In this document: positions 9,322 through 17,977 of the stretch, piece after piece
Position numbering within the stretch: position 1 is the stretch's first letter
How the letters are laid out: each line of letters begins with the position of its first letter
From: Candidatus Binatia bacterium
GTDB lineage: Bacteria; Desulfobacterota; Binatia; Bin18
Direction: 5' to 3'
DNA: 64,000 bases
NCBI GenBank assembly: GCA_963664395.2
Contig: OY761159.2
Coordinates: 224,001-288,000 of the forward strand
Notes under the pieces: generated by a model
Databases searched by the model: none
What the model saw: only the letters and a program-made list of their open reading frames with translations
Told to the model about the DNA's origin: nothing
Program-made: the position numbers and the translations under genes

Positions 9322-11082
9322 ATGTCGATCACGTCTGTTCGTTTCTGGAATTTCAAGGCGCTCAGAGACTACTCCGTCTCTCTTCAACAAATGAATATTC
9401 TTGTTGGGCCCAATAACTGTGGAAAGTCAACAATGTTGAGCGCATTCCGCGTTCTTGAACAAGCCATGAGAACGGCAGGTTCACACCGCGCAATTCGCGT
9501 TCCAACTCATACGGGGAATCAGACAGACGGTCACATCATCCCTGAGTCAGCCGTACCGATCCCGATGGAAAACGTACATTCTGATTATACAGACGAAGAC
9601 AGCCGTATCGAGTTTCGTTTCTCGAACGCAAACAAGCTCTTTCTCTTCTTCCCCGCCAGTGGTGGATGCATTCTCTATTGGGATGTAATAGGCAAACCCA
9701 TTGCAACGCCCTCTGCGTTCCAGCGATCATTCCCGATTCAAGTACAAGTTATTCCAGTACTTGGCCCTATTGAGCAAGAAGAGCAAATTGTCACGGATGA
9801 AACAGTTCGACGGGCATCTGGTACGCCCCGGGCAAGTCGGCATTTTCGCAATTATTGGTATAAGAACCCCGATGGCTTTGAACGGTTTCAGTCTCTGGTC
9901 GAGCAGACTTGGCCAGAAATGTCCATCGGCCGCCCGGAGCGCACCTCCTTACTGGACAGTCAACTTGTCATGTTTTGTTCGGAAGACCGTAGGGACCGTG
10001 AACTCTACTGGGCAGGACTTGGATTTCAAGTTTGGTGTCAGTTATTGACTCATGTGTCACGCTGTAGCGGGTCTGATCTTTTAGTTGTTGACGAGCCTGA
10101 AGTTTATCTACACCCGGATGTCCAGCGTCAGTTGCTTGGAATTCTGAGGGATGTTCAGCCTGACGTTGTTCTCGCAACTCATTCAACTGAAATTATAGGA
10201 GAAGCCGACCCAAGTGAAATACTCCTGGTCGATAAGACTAGACGTTCTGCAAAACGCCTTCGAGATGTCGAAGAGGTTCAACAAGCTCTTGATGTCATTG
10301 GATCTATTCAAAACATTACTCTGACTGAACTTGCAAGAAACCGAAGGCTTCTCTTTGTCGAAGGGCTAAATGACTACAAGATTATTCGACGCTTTGCCAG
10401 GAATGTTGCCCTAACCGACTTGGCTTCCGGGAACGGCATCACTGCGTTGGAATCGGGAGGCTTCTCTTCGTTGTCCCGTGTCCAAGCACTTGCGTGGGGG
10501 TTCCGGAAAACACTAGGTACTGAGCTGAAAGTGGCTGCGATATATGATCGGGACTATTGGTGTGATGAGGAAATCAATGAGTTGGTCAGTTCTCTTAATA
10601 CCGAAATTCAGTTTGCCCATATCCATCAGAGAAAAGAAATTGAAAACTATCTCCTTATCCCCGCTGTTCTCGAAAGAGTAGTAATACGTCTAATTACCGA
10701 GAAGGCAAGGCAAAATGGGATTGATGAAGTTTCCCAAGTGAACGTCATGGACCTTCTTGCATCCCTTACTAATGAGACCAAAACAGATTGCCAAGGCCAA
10801 TACGTAAGCCGATATTGCGAATATCATCGAAACAGCGGACGCGACCAAGCAACGTTGACTTCCGAAGCCCTTTCCCGATTTGAAAGCAAATGGACAATGC
10901 TGGACACAAGAATGATTTTGGTTCCAGGCAAAAAAATCCTGAAGACATTTAGGCAACGATGCCAATCAGAATGGGGTATCACACTTACAGATATTCGCCT
11001 CATTGACGGCTTTCAGAAAGAGGAGATACCTTCGGATCTTATAGAGCTTCTTGCGGCTTTAAATGCTTATAGAGGAGACTAG
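9322..11082 (+). CDS. ATP-dependent nuclease, OLD-like (ABC ATPase + TOPRIM)
   Basis: Walker A GPNNCGKS, GLGFQ signature, Walker B/D-loop VVDEPEVYLHP, LATHS, TOPRIM LFVEG..D, YDRD, KEIENY; low GC. Confidence 0.85.
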   Translation: MSITSVRFWNFKALRDYSVSLQQMNILVGPNNCGKSTMLSAFRVLEQAMRTAGSHRAIRVPTHTGNQTDGHIIPESAVPIPMENVHSDYTDEDSRIEFRFSNANKLFLFFPASGGCILYWDVIGKPIATPSAFQRSFPIQVQVIPVLGPIEQEEQIVTDETVRRASGTPRASRHFRNYWYKNPDGFERFQSLVEQTWPEMSIGRPERTSLLDSQLVMFCSEDRRDRELYWAGLGFQVWCQLLTHVSRCSGSDLLVVDEPEVYLHPDVQRQLLGILRDVQPDVVLATHSTEIIGEADPSEILLVDKTRRSAKRLRDVEEVQQALDVIGSIQNITLTELARNRRLLFVEGLNDYKIIRRFARNVALTDLASGNGITALESGGFSSLSRVQALAWGFRKTLGTELKVAAIYDRDYWCDEEINELVSSLNTEIQFAHIHQRKEIENYLLIPAVLERVVIRLITEKARQNGIDEVSQVNVMDLLASLTNETKTDCQGQYVSRYCEYHRNSGRDQATLTSEALSRFESKWTMLDTRMILVPGKKILKTFRQRCQSEWGITLTDIRLIDGFQKEEIPSDLIELLAALNAYRGD

Positions 11083-11114
11083 GGAGCGTTGCCGGTTTCT
11101 TCAGAGTGTTGACG

Positions 11115-11177
11115 GAGATTCAGTTAGGCGTACACGATTTCCGATGCTACACTGCACGAGAAAGGGCTCCATATGAA
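11115..11177 (+). repeat. Shared leader copy B (GTTAGGC core + promoter/RBS)
   Basis: Homologous to 7757-7820; contains TG-c-TACACT extended -10-like element, with TTGACG just upstream. Confidence 0.9.
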
Positions 11178-11400
11178 AGATCAAGGCGTTGTCGTGCATA
11201 GTGACCCTGATATTCTCGGTGGAACTCCCGTCTTTATGGGGACACGGGTTCCGGTAAAAGCGCTCCTGGACTACTACGCTGGGGGACATACCTTGGATGA
11301 CTTTCTTGACGACTTTCCTACAGTAACACGCGCGCAGGCAATGACGGTCTTGGAGCAGGAGGGGCAGTTGCCGGCAGGTGCCCATGCGCGTTCTGCTTGA
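11173..11400 (+). CDS. DUF433-domain antitoxin
   Basis: DPDILGGTPVFMGTRVPVKALLDY..GGHTLDDFLDDFPTVTRAQA. Confidence 0.9.
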   Translation: MKDQGVVVHSDPDILGGTPVFMGTRVPVKALLDYYAGGHTLDDFLDDFPTVTRAQAMTVLEQEGQLPAGAHARSA

Positions 11401-11701
11401 CGAGTGTGTCCCCCGGAAAATTCGAGGCGAGTTGCCAAGCCATGACGTGCAGACCGTCGCCGAGGTGGGCTGGGGAGGCACAAAGAATGGAGCGTTGCTC
11501 CGCCGAGCCGCCTCGGAGTTCGATGCCCTGCTGACCGTAGACCAAGGAATCCCATATCAACAGAATATCGGGGGCCTCTCTCTGGCTTTGATCATCATCA
11601 AAGCACCGAGCAATGACATCAACGACTTGCGACCCAAGATGGCCGAGGTGCTACGAGTGCTGGAAACGATTCAGCCTGGCCAAGTGGTACAGGTTGCCTA
11701 A
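11384..11701 (+). CDS. DUF5615 / Mut7-C-type PIN-like toxin
   Basis: MRVLLDECVP...HDVQTV..VGWGGTKNGALL...FDALLTVDQGIPYQQN; overlaps DUF433 gene. Confidence 0.88.
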   Translation: MRVLLDECVPRKIRGELPSHDVQTVAEVGWGGTKNGALLRRAASEFDALLTVDQGIPYQQNIGGLSLALIIIKAPSNDINDLRPKMAEVLRVLETIQPGQVVQVA

Positions 11702-11839
11702 CCACACGCTCTAGCCGTTCACATCCCTGTCCCATCTCAGCGGCTTCTTTCTGCGGCATGAACAAAGAGGCATTGCTGTATGGTCGGCTAACCGTGTAGT
11801 AAGAATGAAATCGAAAGTCCGGCCAAGAGGAGGGTTTAC

Positions 11840-12268
11840 ATGTCAGAACTGGAAAAACGAATCACCCGGCTCGAAGACATTGAAGCGATAAAGCAGCTCA
11901 AGGCTCGCTACTGCGAAATCTGCGACGATATGCACAACCCCGACAGAGTCGCGTCGGTATTCGTTGAAGATGCCATCTGGGAAAGTGCGGATTTCGGCAA
12001 AGCCGAGGGCCATGACGCTATTCGCGAATTATTTCGCAACTTCCAAAGAACGTTCAGCTTTTCTCAGCACAACATTACGAACCCAATAATCGAGGTCAAC
12101 GGAGATCGCGCCACAGGCATCTGGTACATCATGGGTCCGTGGACGTATGCCGAAAATGACGATGAGAAATGGTTGGCGCTGCGCTATGACGACGACTACG
12201 TGAAAGTAAACGGTGAGTGGAAGTATCAACACTTACGGGTGGCCCTGCGGATGACTGCCGACCGATAA
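11840..12268 (+). CDS. NTF2/SnoaL-like protein (BaiE/LinA-like)
   Basis: RLEDIEAIKQLKARYCEICDD, FVEDAIW, SQHNITNPIIEVNGDRATG.W, YDDDYVKVNGEWK. Confidence 0.85.
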   Translation: MSELEKRITRLEDIEAIKQLKARYCEICDDMHNPDRVASVFVEDAIWESADFGKAEGHDAIRELFRNFQRTFSFSQHNITNPIIEVNGDRATGIWYIMGPWTYAENDDEKWLALRYDDDYVKVNGEWKYQHLRVALRMTADR

Positions 12269-12421
12269 GAGGACTCCGTCAAGAGACAGGGTCAATCGGC
12301 AACGTGAGACCCTGTGCGCATAGGGTCGGTCCTGTGAAGACCAGCCACTCTGACCCATCAGTGCCGCAGAATTGATGCGGAATCCCCAGATGCCCTTTTG
12401 GACTTGTAAGGAGCCCTGCCC

Positions 12422-13999
12422 ATGACACTCGTTAGCTGGTCGTGGTTCTTCCTCGTCATCTATATCGGCGGCATGTTGACCATCGGGGTTGTGGCCCAGC
12501 GGCGCGTGAAACACGCCGACGACTTTGCCACCGCGCGTAGCTCCTACGGCCCCCTGTTTCTGGCCCTGGCGTTTTCCGCCACCACCGTCAGCGGGGCAAC
12601 CTTCCTGGGTATGCCGGGACTGAGCTATACCTGGGGGATAACCACGATGTGGGGCGTCTTTCTGGGCCCCGCCGGCCTATGTGTGGGCATGTTGCTCACC
12701 ATGCGTTTGATTACCAGAGCTGGCCACCGGTTCGGCAACCGCTCCATACCCGAGTACCTCGGCGACCGCTACCAATCCGAAGGTATTCGCGTGCTGGTGT
12801 CGCTGTTTTCCCTGTTGTTGTGTTTCTATCTGGCCGGGCAACTCGTGTCCGGGCTGGTCATGTTCGAGATTCTGCTGGGTGTACCGCCGTTCTGGGCGCT
12901 GCTCATCACCACCACCGTACTGTTGATTTACGTTGTACTGGGCGGGGCGCATGCCGACATCATCGCCGACGGTGTCCAGGCCTGCATGATGCTGCTGGTC
13001 GCCGTGGTGGTCATCGTGCTGTTTCTCCTCGGCTTCGGGCTGGAGGTGGGAGAATCGGGCAGAAGCGGGTACTTGGGTCTGGTCGATAATCTGGCCGCCC
13101 AGGATGAACACCTGGTTGGCCTGCTCAACACCAAAACCCCGCTCTATCACTCCTGGTGGTCGATTGTCTCGCTTATGATTGCGTTCATTCCACTGGGCGT
13201 GCTGCCCCACCTGGGGAATAAACTCTGGGCCTTAAAAGGGACCACGCACCAGAGTCGCTTTCTTGGCCTCACGATCGCCTTCATCGTCACGCTGGCCATG
13301 CTGACCTTGGGTGGTCTGCTGGCCCGGGCGCTGCTGGGCAACGCACTATTTGCCGAAGGGGCGACCTCGAATCACGCCCTGCCCACGCTCTTCATCGAGC
13401 TGTTTCCGACCTGGCTGGCGGCGCTCGTCGGGGTTGGCGTGCTGGCCGCCATTATGTCCACCGCCGACGGGCTGGTGGTGTCCTCGTCCCAAACGATCGC
13501 CAACGACCTCTACCGCCGGACCGTGGCTCCGCGATTGAAGCATCCGCCAACCGAAGAACAGCTCGACCGACAGGTCTTATACATCAGCCGGGTGGCAACA
13601 GTTGTCGTTCTCGTAATCTGTGCGGCCATCGCCTGGGCGTGGGTTGAGACCAACGTGATGCTGATTATCTGGATAGGCACCGGCGGCATCATGTCGGCAT
13701 TTGCCGGTTCCCTGGTATTCGGGGCTCTGTGGCGCGGGGTCACCCGGCCCGGGGCCTACGCCGGCCTGGTCAGCGGCTTTGTCTGCTTTCTGGTTTTGCA
13801 CACCCAACTGCTTGACCCGGCCTGGTTTGCCCCCGGCCTGCTGCACTCCGTCGTCTCCTGGCTCTATATCGAGGGCATCAATCCGTTCTCCTGCTCGTCC
13901 ATCGCCAGCCTTACCTCGGTTGCCTTCACCATCATCGTCTCCAAAGCGACCCGGCCCCTGCCCGAGTCGCACCTCCGGGCGGTGTTCGAGGGCGTGTAA
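12422..13999 (+). CDS. Sodium:solute symporter (SSS), paralogue 2
   Basis: Collinear with and highly similar to 4317-5882; AAGGAG RBS. Confidence 0.92.
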   Translation: MTLVSWSWFFLVIYIGGMLTIGVVAQRRVKHADDFATARSSYGPLFLALAFSATTVSGATFLGMPGLSYTWGITTMWGVFLGPAGLCVGMLLTMRLITRAGHRFGNRSIPEYLGDRYQSEGIRVLVSLFSLLLCFYLAGQLVSGLVMFEILLGVPPFWALLITTTVLLIYVVLGGAHADIIADGVQACMMLLVAVVVIVLFLLGFGLEVGESGRSGYLGLVDNLAAQDEHLVGLLNTKTPLYHSWWSIVSLMIAFIPLGVLPHLGNKLWALKGTTHQSRFLGLTIAFIVTLAMLTLGGLLARALLGNALFAEGATSNHALPTLFIELFPTWLAALVGVGVLAAIMSTADGLVVSSSQTIANDLYRRTVAPRLKHPPTEEQLDRQVLYISRVATVVVLVICAAIAWAWVETNVMLIIWIGTGGIMSAFAGSLVFGALWRGVTRPGAYAGLVSGFVCFLVLHTQLLDPAWFAPGLLHSVVSWLYIEGINPFSCSSIASLTSVAFTIIVSKATRPLPESHLRAVFEGV

Positions 14000-14126
14000 G
14001 TCAATGAGGTATACCCGCACCTGGCATATTGACGCGTCGAAAGAAATACAAGTTACTCTTCTACAATGAGCATTCCGGCAATGAGTTGATCTGGACAGCT
14101 CAGACCCCAAGTCAGGAGTTGGATGA

Positions 14127-14160
14127 AGTGGAACGGGAGCCAGGGTTCCACTGTTTCGGT
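14127..14160 (+). terminator. Intergenic hairpin, possible terminator
   Basis: AGTGGAAC-N10-GTTCCACT followed by GTTTCGGT. Confidence 0.4.
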
Positions 14161-14240
14161 TGTGGAAAGGCGTAACAGGTTATACTATCTGCCGACACAG
14201 AGAACAGATATCGCCGCACACTACACTGAGGACAAACACT

Positions 14241-14888
14241 ATGCTGAAAATCTACGGTACGACCCTGAGCAATTATTACAGCACGGCCAAGGCCGCCTTG
14301 GTCGAAAAAGGACTCGCGTTCGAGGAAGTCTCGGTCATGCCGAGCCAGAAACCCGAAGTCCTGGCCAAAAGCCCCATGGGCAAGGTGCCCTACATTGAGA
14401 TCGAGGGCACGACCTTGAGCGAGACCAACGTCATCTTCGACTATCTCGAAGATATCCAGCCGCAGCCGGCGCTGTATCCCAGCGACCCCTGGGCCAGGGC
14501 CAAAACCAAAGAACTCATCCGCGTTGTCGAGTTGTATCTCGACACACCGGCGCGGCGCCACCTGCCCACCGTGTACTTCGGCGCACCGGTTGACCAGACC
14601 GCATATGACGAAGTCCTGCCTGCGCTGGAAAATGGACTGCGGGCATTCAAGCACCTCGTCCGCTTCGAGCCCTATATCGCCGGCGACACGTTTACGTTTG
14701 CTGATATCGCTGCCTATTTTCAGGTGCGATTTACCAACTTGCATACCACCACAGTCTATGAGCGGGACATTACGGATGAAGTGCCGGGCCTGGGCGGGTA
14801 CTTGAAAATGGTCGGCGGACGTCCGTCTATCGACGCCGTTGATTCCATCTTGCAAAGAGATTTCGCAGCCTTCAAAAATAAGAGCTGA
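14241..14888 (+). CDS. Glutathione S-transferase
   Basis: SNYY..AKAALVEKGL, SPMGKVPYIE, LSETNVIFDYLED, YIAGDTFTFAD. Confidence 0.9.
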   Translation: MLKIYGTTLSNYYSTAKAALVEKGLAFEEVSVMPSQKPEVLAKSPMGKVPYIEIEGTTLSETNVIFDYLEDIQPQPALYPSDPWARAKTKELIRVVELYLDTPARRHLPTVYFGAPVDQTAYDEVLPALENGLRAFKHLVRFEPYIAGDTFTFADIAAYFQVRFTNLHTTTVYERDITDEVPGLGGYLKMVGGRPSIDAVDSILQRDFAAFKNKS

Positions 14889-15102
14889 TCCCGTGGGGTG
14901 GCATAAATCGCGCAGACCGTGTAACCTGAGCTGTGTGGTTGAGCATCAGCTCGACAGCGGTGAACAGCAGGCCCTCTTTGTCCCTCCGAGGGCGCGCCGC
15001 TAAAAAAGAACCCTTCTTCCCTTTCCCTGTTGTTTGGGTCGGAAAATACGGCCGTGCCGTACAGGAGCACCCTGCGCGCCTACGGCGGAGATTAATCTAT
15101 TT

Positions 15103-16341
15103 ATGTCTGATTCAGTATCAATTGCACCGGCCACATTTGACCGGTTCGGGCTCCACCAAGCCCTCATCCGCGGCATCCACGCCGCCGGCTTTGAAACCCC
15201 CTGGCCAATCCAGATCGAAACCATTCCTCCCGGCCGCGACGGCCGCGACGTGCTCGGCTTAGCTCAGACCGGCACAGGCAAGACGGCGGCCTTCGCCCTC
15301 CCCCTGCTTGACCGGCTCCTCGGAGAACGCCGCAAGGGCCCGCGCGCTCTGGTGCTCGCGCCCACCCGGGAACTCGCCAGCCAGATTACAGAAGAAATCC
15401 GGACGCTGGCCAGGTTCACCCGCCTCAAGATGGCCACCATCTACGGCGGTGTCTCAATGCAGAATCAGATCAATGCGCTGCGTCAGCGCCCGGAGGTCGT
15501 AGTCGGTTGCCCAGGCCGCGTACTCGACCTGCTCCAGCAGGGCATACTCCGCCTCGGCCAGGTCGAAACCCTCGTGCTCGACGAAGCTGCCCATATGTTA
15601 GATATGGGCTTCCTGCCCGACATTCGCAAGATCCTCGGCGCGCTGCCCGCTCACCGGCAGAACCTGCTGTTCTCAGCCACTATGCCGAAAGAAGTCCGCG
15701 GGCTGGCTGACGATCTGTTAAAAACGCCGTACGTGGTCGAGTTAGCCGATATGGCACCGGCCACTACTATCAAACATGCGTTGGTGCTCGTTGCGGAGCA
15801 GCGCAAGCACGCCCTGCTCGAACACGTACTCACCCAAGACAACTGCGACTCGGCCATTGTCTTCACCCGCACGAAACACCGCGCCCGGCGTCTGGCCGAG
15901 CACCTCGGCCAGGCCGGACACCGAGCCGTGGGTCTCCAGGGAAACCTGTCCCAGTCCCAGCGCGACCGAGCCATGCGCAGCTTCCGCGCACGCCACCATA
16001 ACATCCTCGTGGCAACAGACATCGTGGCGCGCGGCATCGATGTGAGCGGAGTCTCCCACGTGATTAACTTCGATGTACCAGACACACCCGAAGCCTATAC
16101 CCATCGTCTCGGGCGTACCGGCCGCGCCGAGCGCCACGGAGAGGCCTGTACTTTCGTGACGGCCAGCGATTCCGGCTGGGTACGTGCGACCGAACGCATG
16201 ATCGGCTCACGCATTCCCCGCCTGCAGGTCGAGGGCTTCGAGCCCGATGTCAACGAGAAGCCCAAGCGACCCGACGGACAGGCGCGCAACAGACCGCCTT
16301 ATTTGGCGCGCCGTGGGCGTAGCCAAAGGCGCGCCAGCTAG
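15103..16341 (+). CDS. DEAD/DEAH-box RNA helicase (RhlE-like), motif II reads DEAA
   Basis: Q motif, AQTGTGKT, PTRELA, GG, DEAAHMLDMGF, SAT, ATDIVARGID, HRLGRTGRA. Confidence 0.92.
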   Translation: MSDSVSIAPATFDRFGLHQALIRGIHAAGFETPWPIQIETIPPGRDGRDVLGLAQTGTGKTAAFALPLLDRLLGERRKGPRALVLAPTRELASQITEEIRTLARFTRLKMATIYGGVSMQNQINALRQRPEVVVGCPGRVLDLLQQGILRLGQVETLVLDEAAHMLDMGFLPDIRKILGALPAHRQNLLFSATMPKEVRGLADDLLKTPYVVELADMAPATTIKHALVLVAEQRKHALLEHVLTQDNCDSAIVFTRTKHRARRLAEHLGQAGHRAVGLQGNLSQSQRDRAMRSFRARHHNILVATDIVARGIDVSGVSHVINFDVPDTPEAYTHRLGRTGRAERHGEACTFVTASDSGWVRATERMIGSRIPRLQVEGFEPDVNEKPKRPDGQARNRPPYLARRGRSQRRAS

Positions 16342-16353
16342 ACACACTTCTCC

Positions 16354-16379
16354 GCGCGGGCGAGGAACTTCGCCCGCGC
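16354..16379 (+). terminator. GC-rich hairpin after helicase
   Basis: GCGCGGGCGAGG-aa-CTTCGCCCGCGC; no U tract. Confidence 0.4.
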
Positions 16380-16528
16380 AGTCCTCCATCACAATCTCTG
16401 TGCTGCCTGCGTTTTCGCAGGGCTGTACCGTTCAGGCCCTATATACAGGCTCTCTCTGAAGGTACATTAAGCTGCCAGACGAGCCAGACGAGAGAGTGTT
16501 AGACCCTGCACGAATGAGGAAGAAAGCC

Positions 16529-17146
16529 ATGCCCAAAGACACAGATACTATTACCTTCCGACCGATGACATCAGAAGACGTCGGGGCGGTGCCGATTGGT
16601 CATCAGGGCGACGAGCAGGAAGTCCGCGCCCGAATCCAGGACCTTGGTTCAAGCGCGATCTTGGCGTTTGACGCCACTCAGCATGTCGGCCAACTCCAGT
16701 TTCGGCGCTACGCCGCGGACACCCGCTCGCCAAAGGGACTGTGGGACCCACTGTATTGGGGCGAATTTGGCAACGAATCTCCAGCGCTGCCTGACCGCAC
16801 ACTCTCCATTTACTGCTACCACGTCGGCCAACTCGACGACACGGACTACCGTGACGCGCGCTATCAGGGCCGGGGCATTGGCCTGCGCCTCTTGGACTCT
16901 TTTCTGGACTGGGCCAAGCAGGCCGGCTTCGAGGCGGTGACGGCCAAGGCTACGCCAGCTCCACGCGAGGTCATGGCGTTTATGGGCGGGCAGCCATCCA
17001 AAGCCTATCTTGTACGCGGCTTTGAGGTGCTTTCGAGTGTGGTCGATACCGAGCTGCGCGACCTCGTGAAAGACAGACAACTCGTGCCGGCCGACGCGGA
17101 CCTCGATAGCGCCGCGCGTATCAGCTATTGCGTGAAGTTTTTCTAA
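16529..17146 (+). CDS. GNAT-family N-acetyltransferase
   Basis: Acetyl-CoA motif A RYQGRGIGLRLL..FLDWAKQAGF. Confidence 0.7.
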   Translation: MPKDTDTITFRPMTSEDVGAVPIGHQGDEQEVRARIQDLGSSAILAFDATQHVGQLQFRRYAADTRSPKGLWDPLYWGEFGNESPALPDRTLSIYCYHVGQLDDTDYRDARYQGRGIGLRLLDSFLDWAKQAGFEAVTAKATPAPREVMAFMGGQPSKAYLVRGFEVLSSVVDTELRDLVKDRQLVPADADLDSAARISYCVKFF

Positions 17147-17203
17147 CGCTCAGCGTTTTTACCTTTCTGTTCGGCGGTTCTTGTTGGAGGCAGGTATCAA
17201 ACC

Positions 17204-17431
17204 ATGATGGAATACAAAGGCTATATTGGGCACGTTGAGTTTGATGACGAAGCGGATGTTCTCCACGGCGAAGTTATCAACATTCGGGATGTCGTCACAT
17301 TTCAAGCGACCTCTGTCGAAGATATCCATAATAAAGCATTTCGAGAATCCGTTGATGACTATATCGAATTCTGTAAATCTCGGAATGAAGTGCCTAATAA
17401 ACCGTTAGCAGCGGCAGTCGCCGAGCAATGA
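17204..17431 (+). pseudogene. hicB: HicB-family antitoxin, C-terminally truncated, no hicA
   Basis: MEYKGYIGHVEFDDEADVLHGEVINIRDVVTFQ...FRESVDDYIEFC...PNKP; similarity stops before the usual FSG/RHH domain. Confidence 0.8.
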
Positions 17432-17448
17432 GAATGAGGGGTGCCGAA

Positions 17449-17868
17449 ATGGGAGAGATTACAGTCAACGTTACGCTTGAAAACCCGATTGATCGCGGCG
17501 TTTTTGAGCGAGGAGAGGGCGAGGAAGACGCCATTAGGCATTCCAGCATTGACGCGATTGTCGATACCGGAGCGGTCATGCTGGTTTTACCGCAAAACGT
17601 AGTTGAGCGGCTCGGACTGGAAATCCGCCGAACCGTTATTGCTTCCTATGCAGACGAGCGGAAGGAAGAACATCCGGTAGCCGGTCCGCTGACCATCCGC
17701 ATTGGCAACCGTTTTATGAGCACCGATTGCATTGTCGGTCCTCCTCTGAGTGAGCCGTTGATCGGCCAAATCGTCCTCGAAGCCCTGGATTTAATCGCTG
17801 ATTGTACAAACCGCACCCTCACCCCACGGCCCGAGTCGCCGGACTATCCGCTGTTGAAGCTCAAATGA
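17449..17868 (+). CDS. Clan AA (retropepsin-like) aspartic protease
   Basis: AIVDTGAVMLVLPQNVVERLGL, EPLIGQIVLEALDL. Confidence 0.85.
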   Translation: MGEITVNVTLENPIDRGVFERGEGEEDAIRHSSIDAIVDTGAVMLVLPQNVVERLGLEIRRTVIASYADERKEEHPVAGPLTIRIGNRFMSTDCIVGPPLSEPLIGQIVLEALDLIADCTNRTLTPRPESPDYPLLKLK

Positions 17869-17977
17869 TAGGGGGCCCCCTCCAGGCTGTCGCGTGAATC
17901 GGCGGTCAGGTCGCCTAGCCAAAACGCGGCACAGTTGGTATTGTCTATCCAACACAGCGCACATAAAGAGGTTCGTC

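Larger units (their letters stand above)
11123..11720 (+). mobile_element. Integron-type gene cassette remnant carrying a TA pair (attC incomplete)
   Basis: GTTAGGC at 11123-11129 and exact complement GCCTAAC at 11696-11702 overlapping the stop codon, then CACACGCTCTAGCCG resembling an attC left arm. Confidence 0.6.

Noticed and set aside
9322-11082. Gabija or retron system
   Set aside because: No UvrD-like GajB and no RT or msr/msd next to the nuclease
7757-11177. Repeated leader as a CRISPR repeat or full attC array
   Set aside because: Only two copies 3.3 kb apart, not palindromic, no spacers, no cas or intI genes
12270-12421. SAM-I or TPP riboswitch (TCAAGAG, CGGCAAC, TGAGA words)
   Set aside because: Spacing and remaining conserved elements of either family are missing
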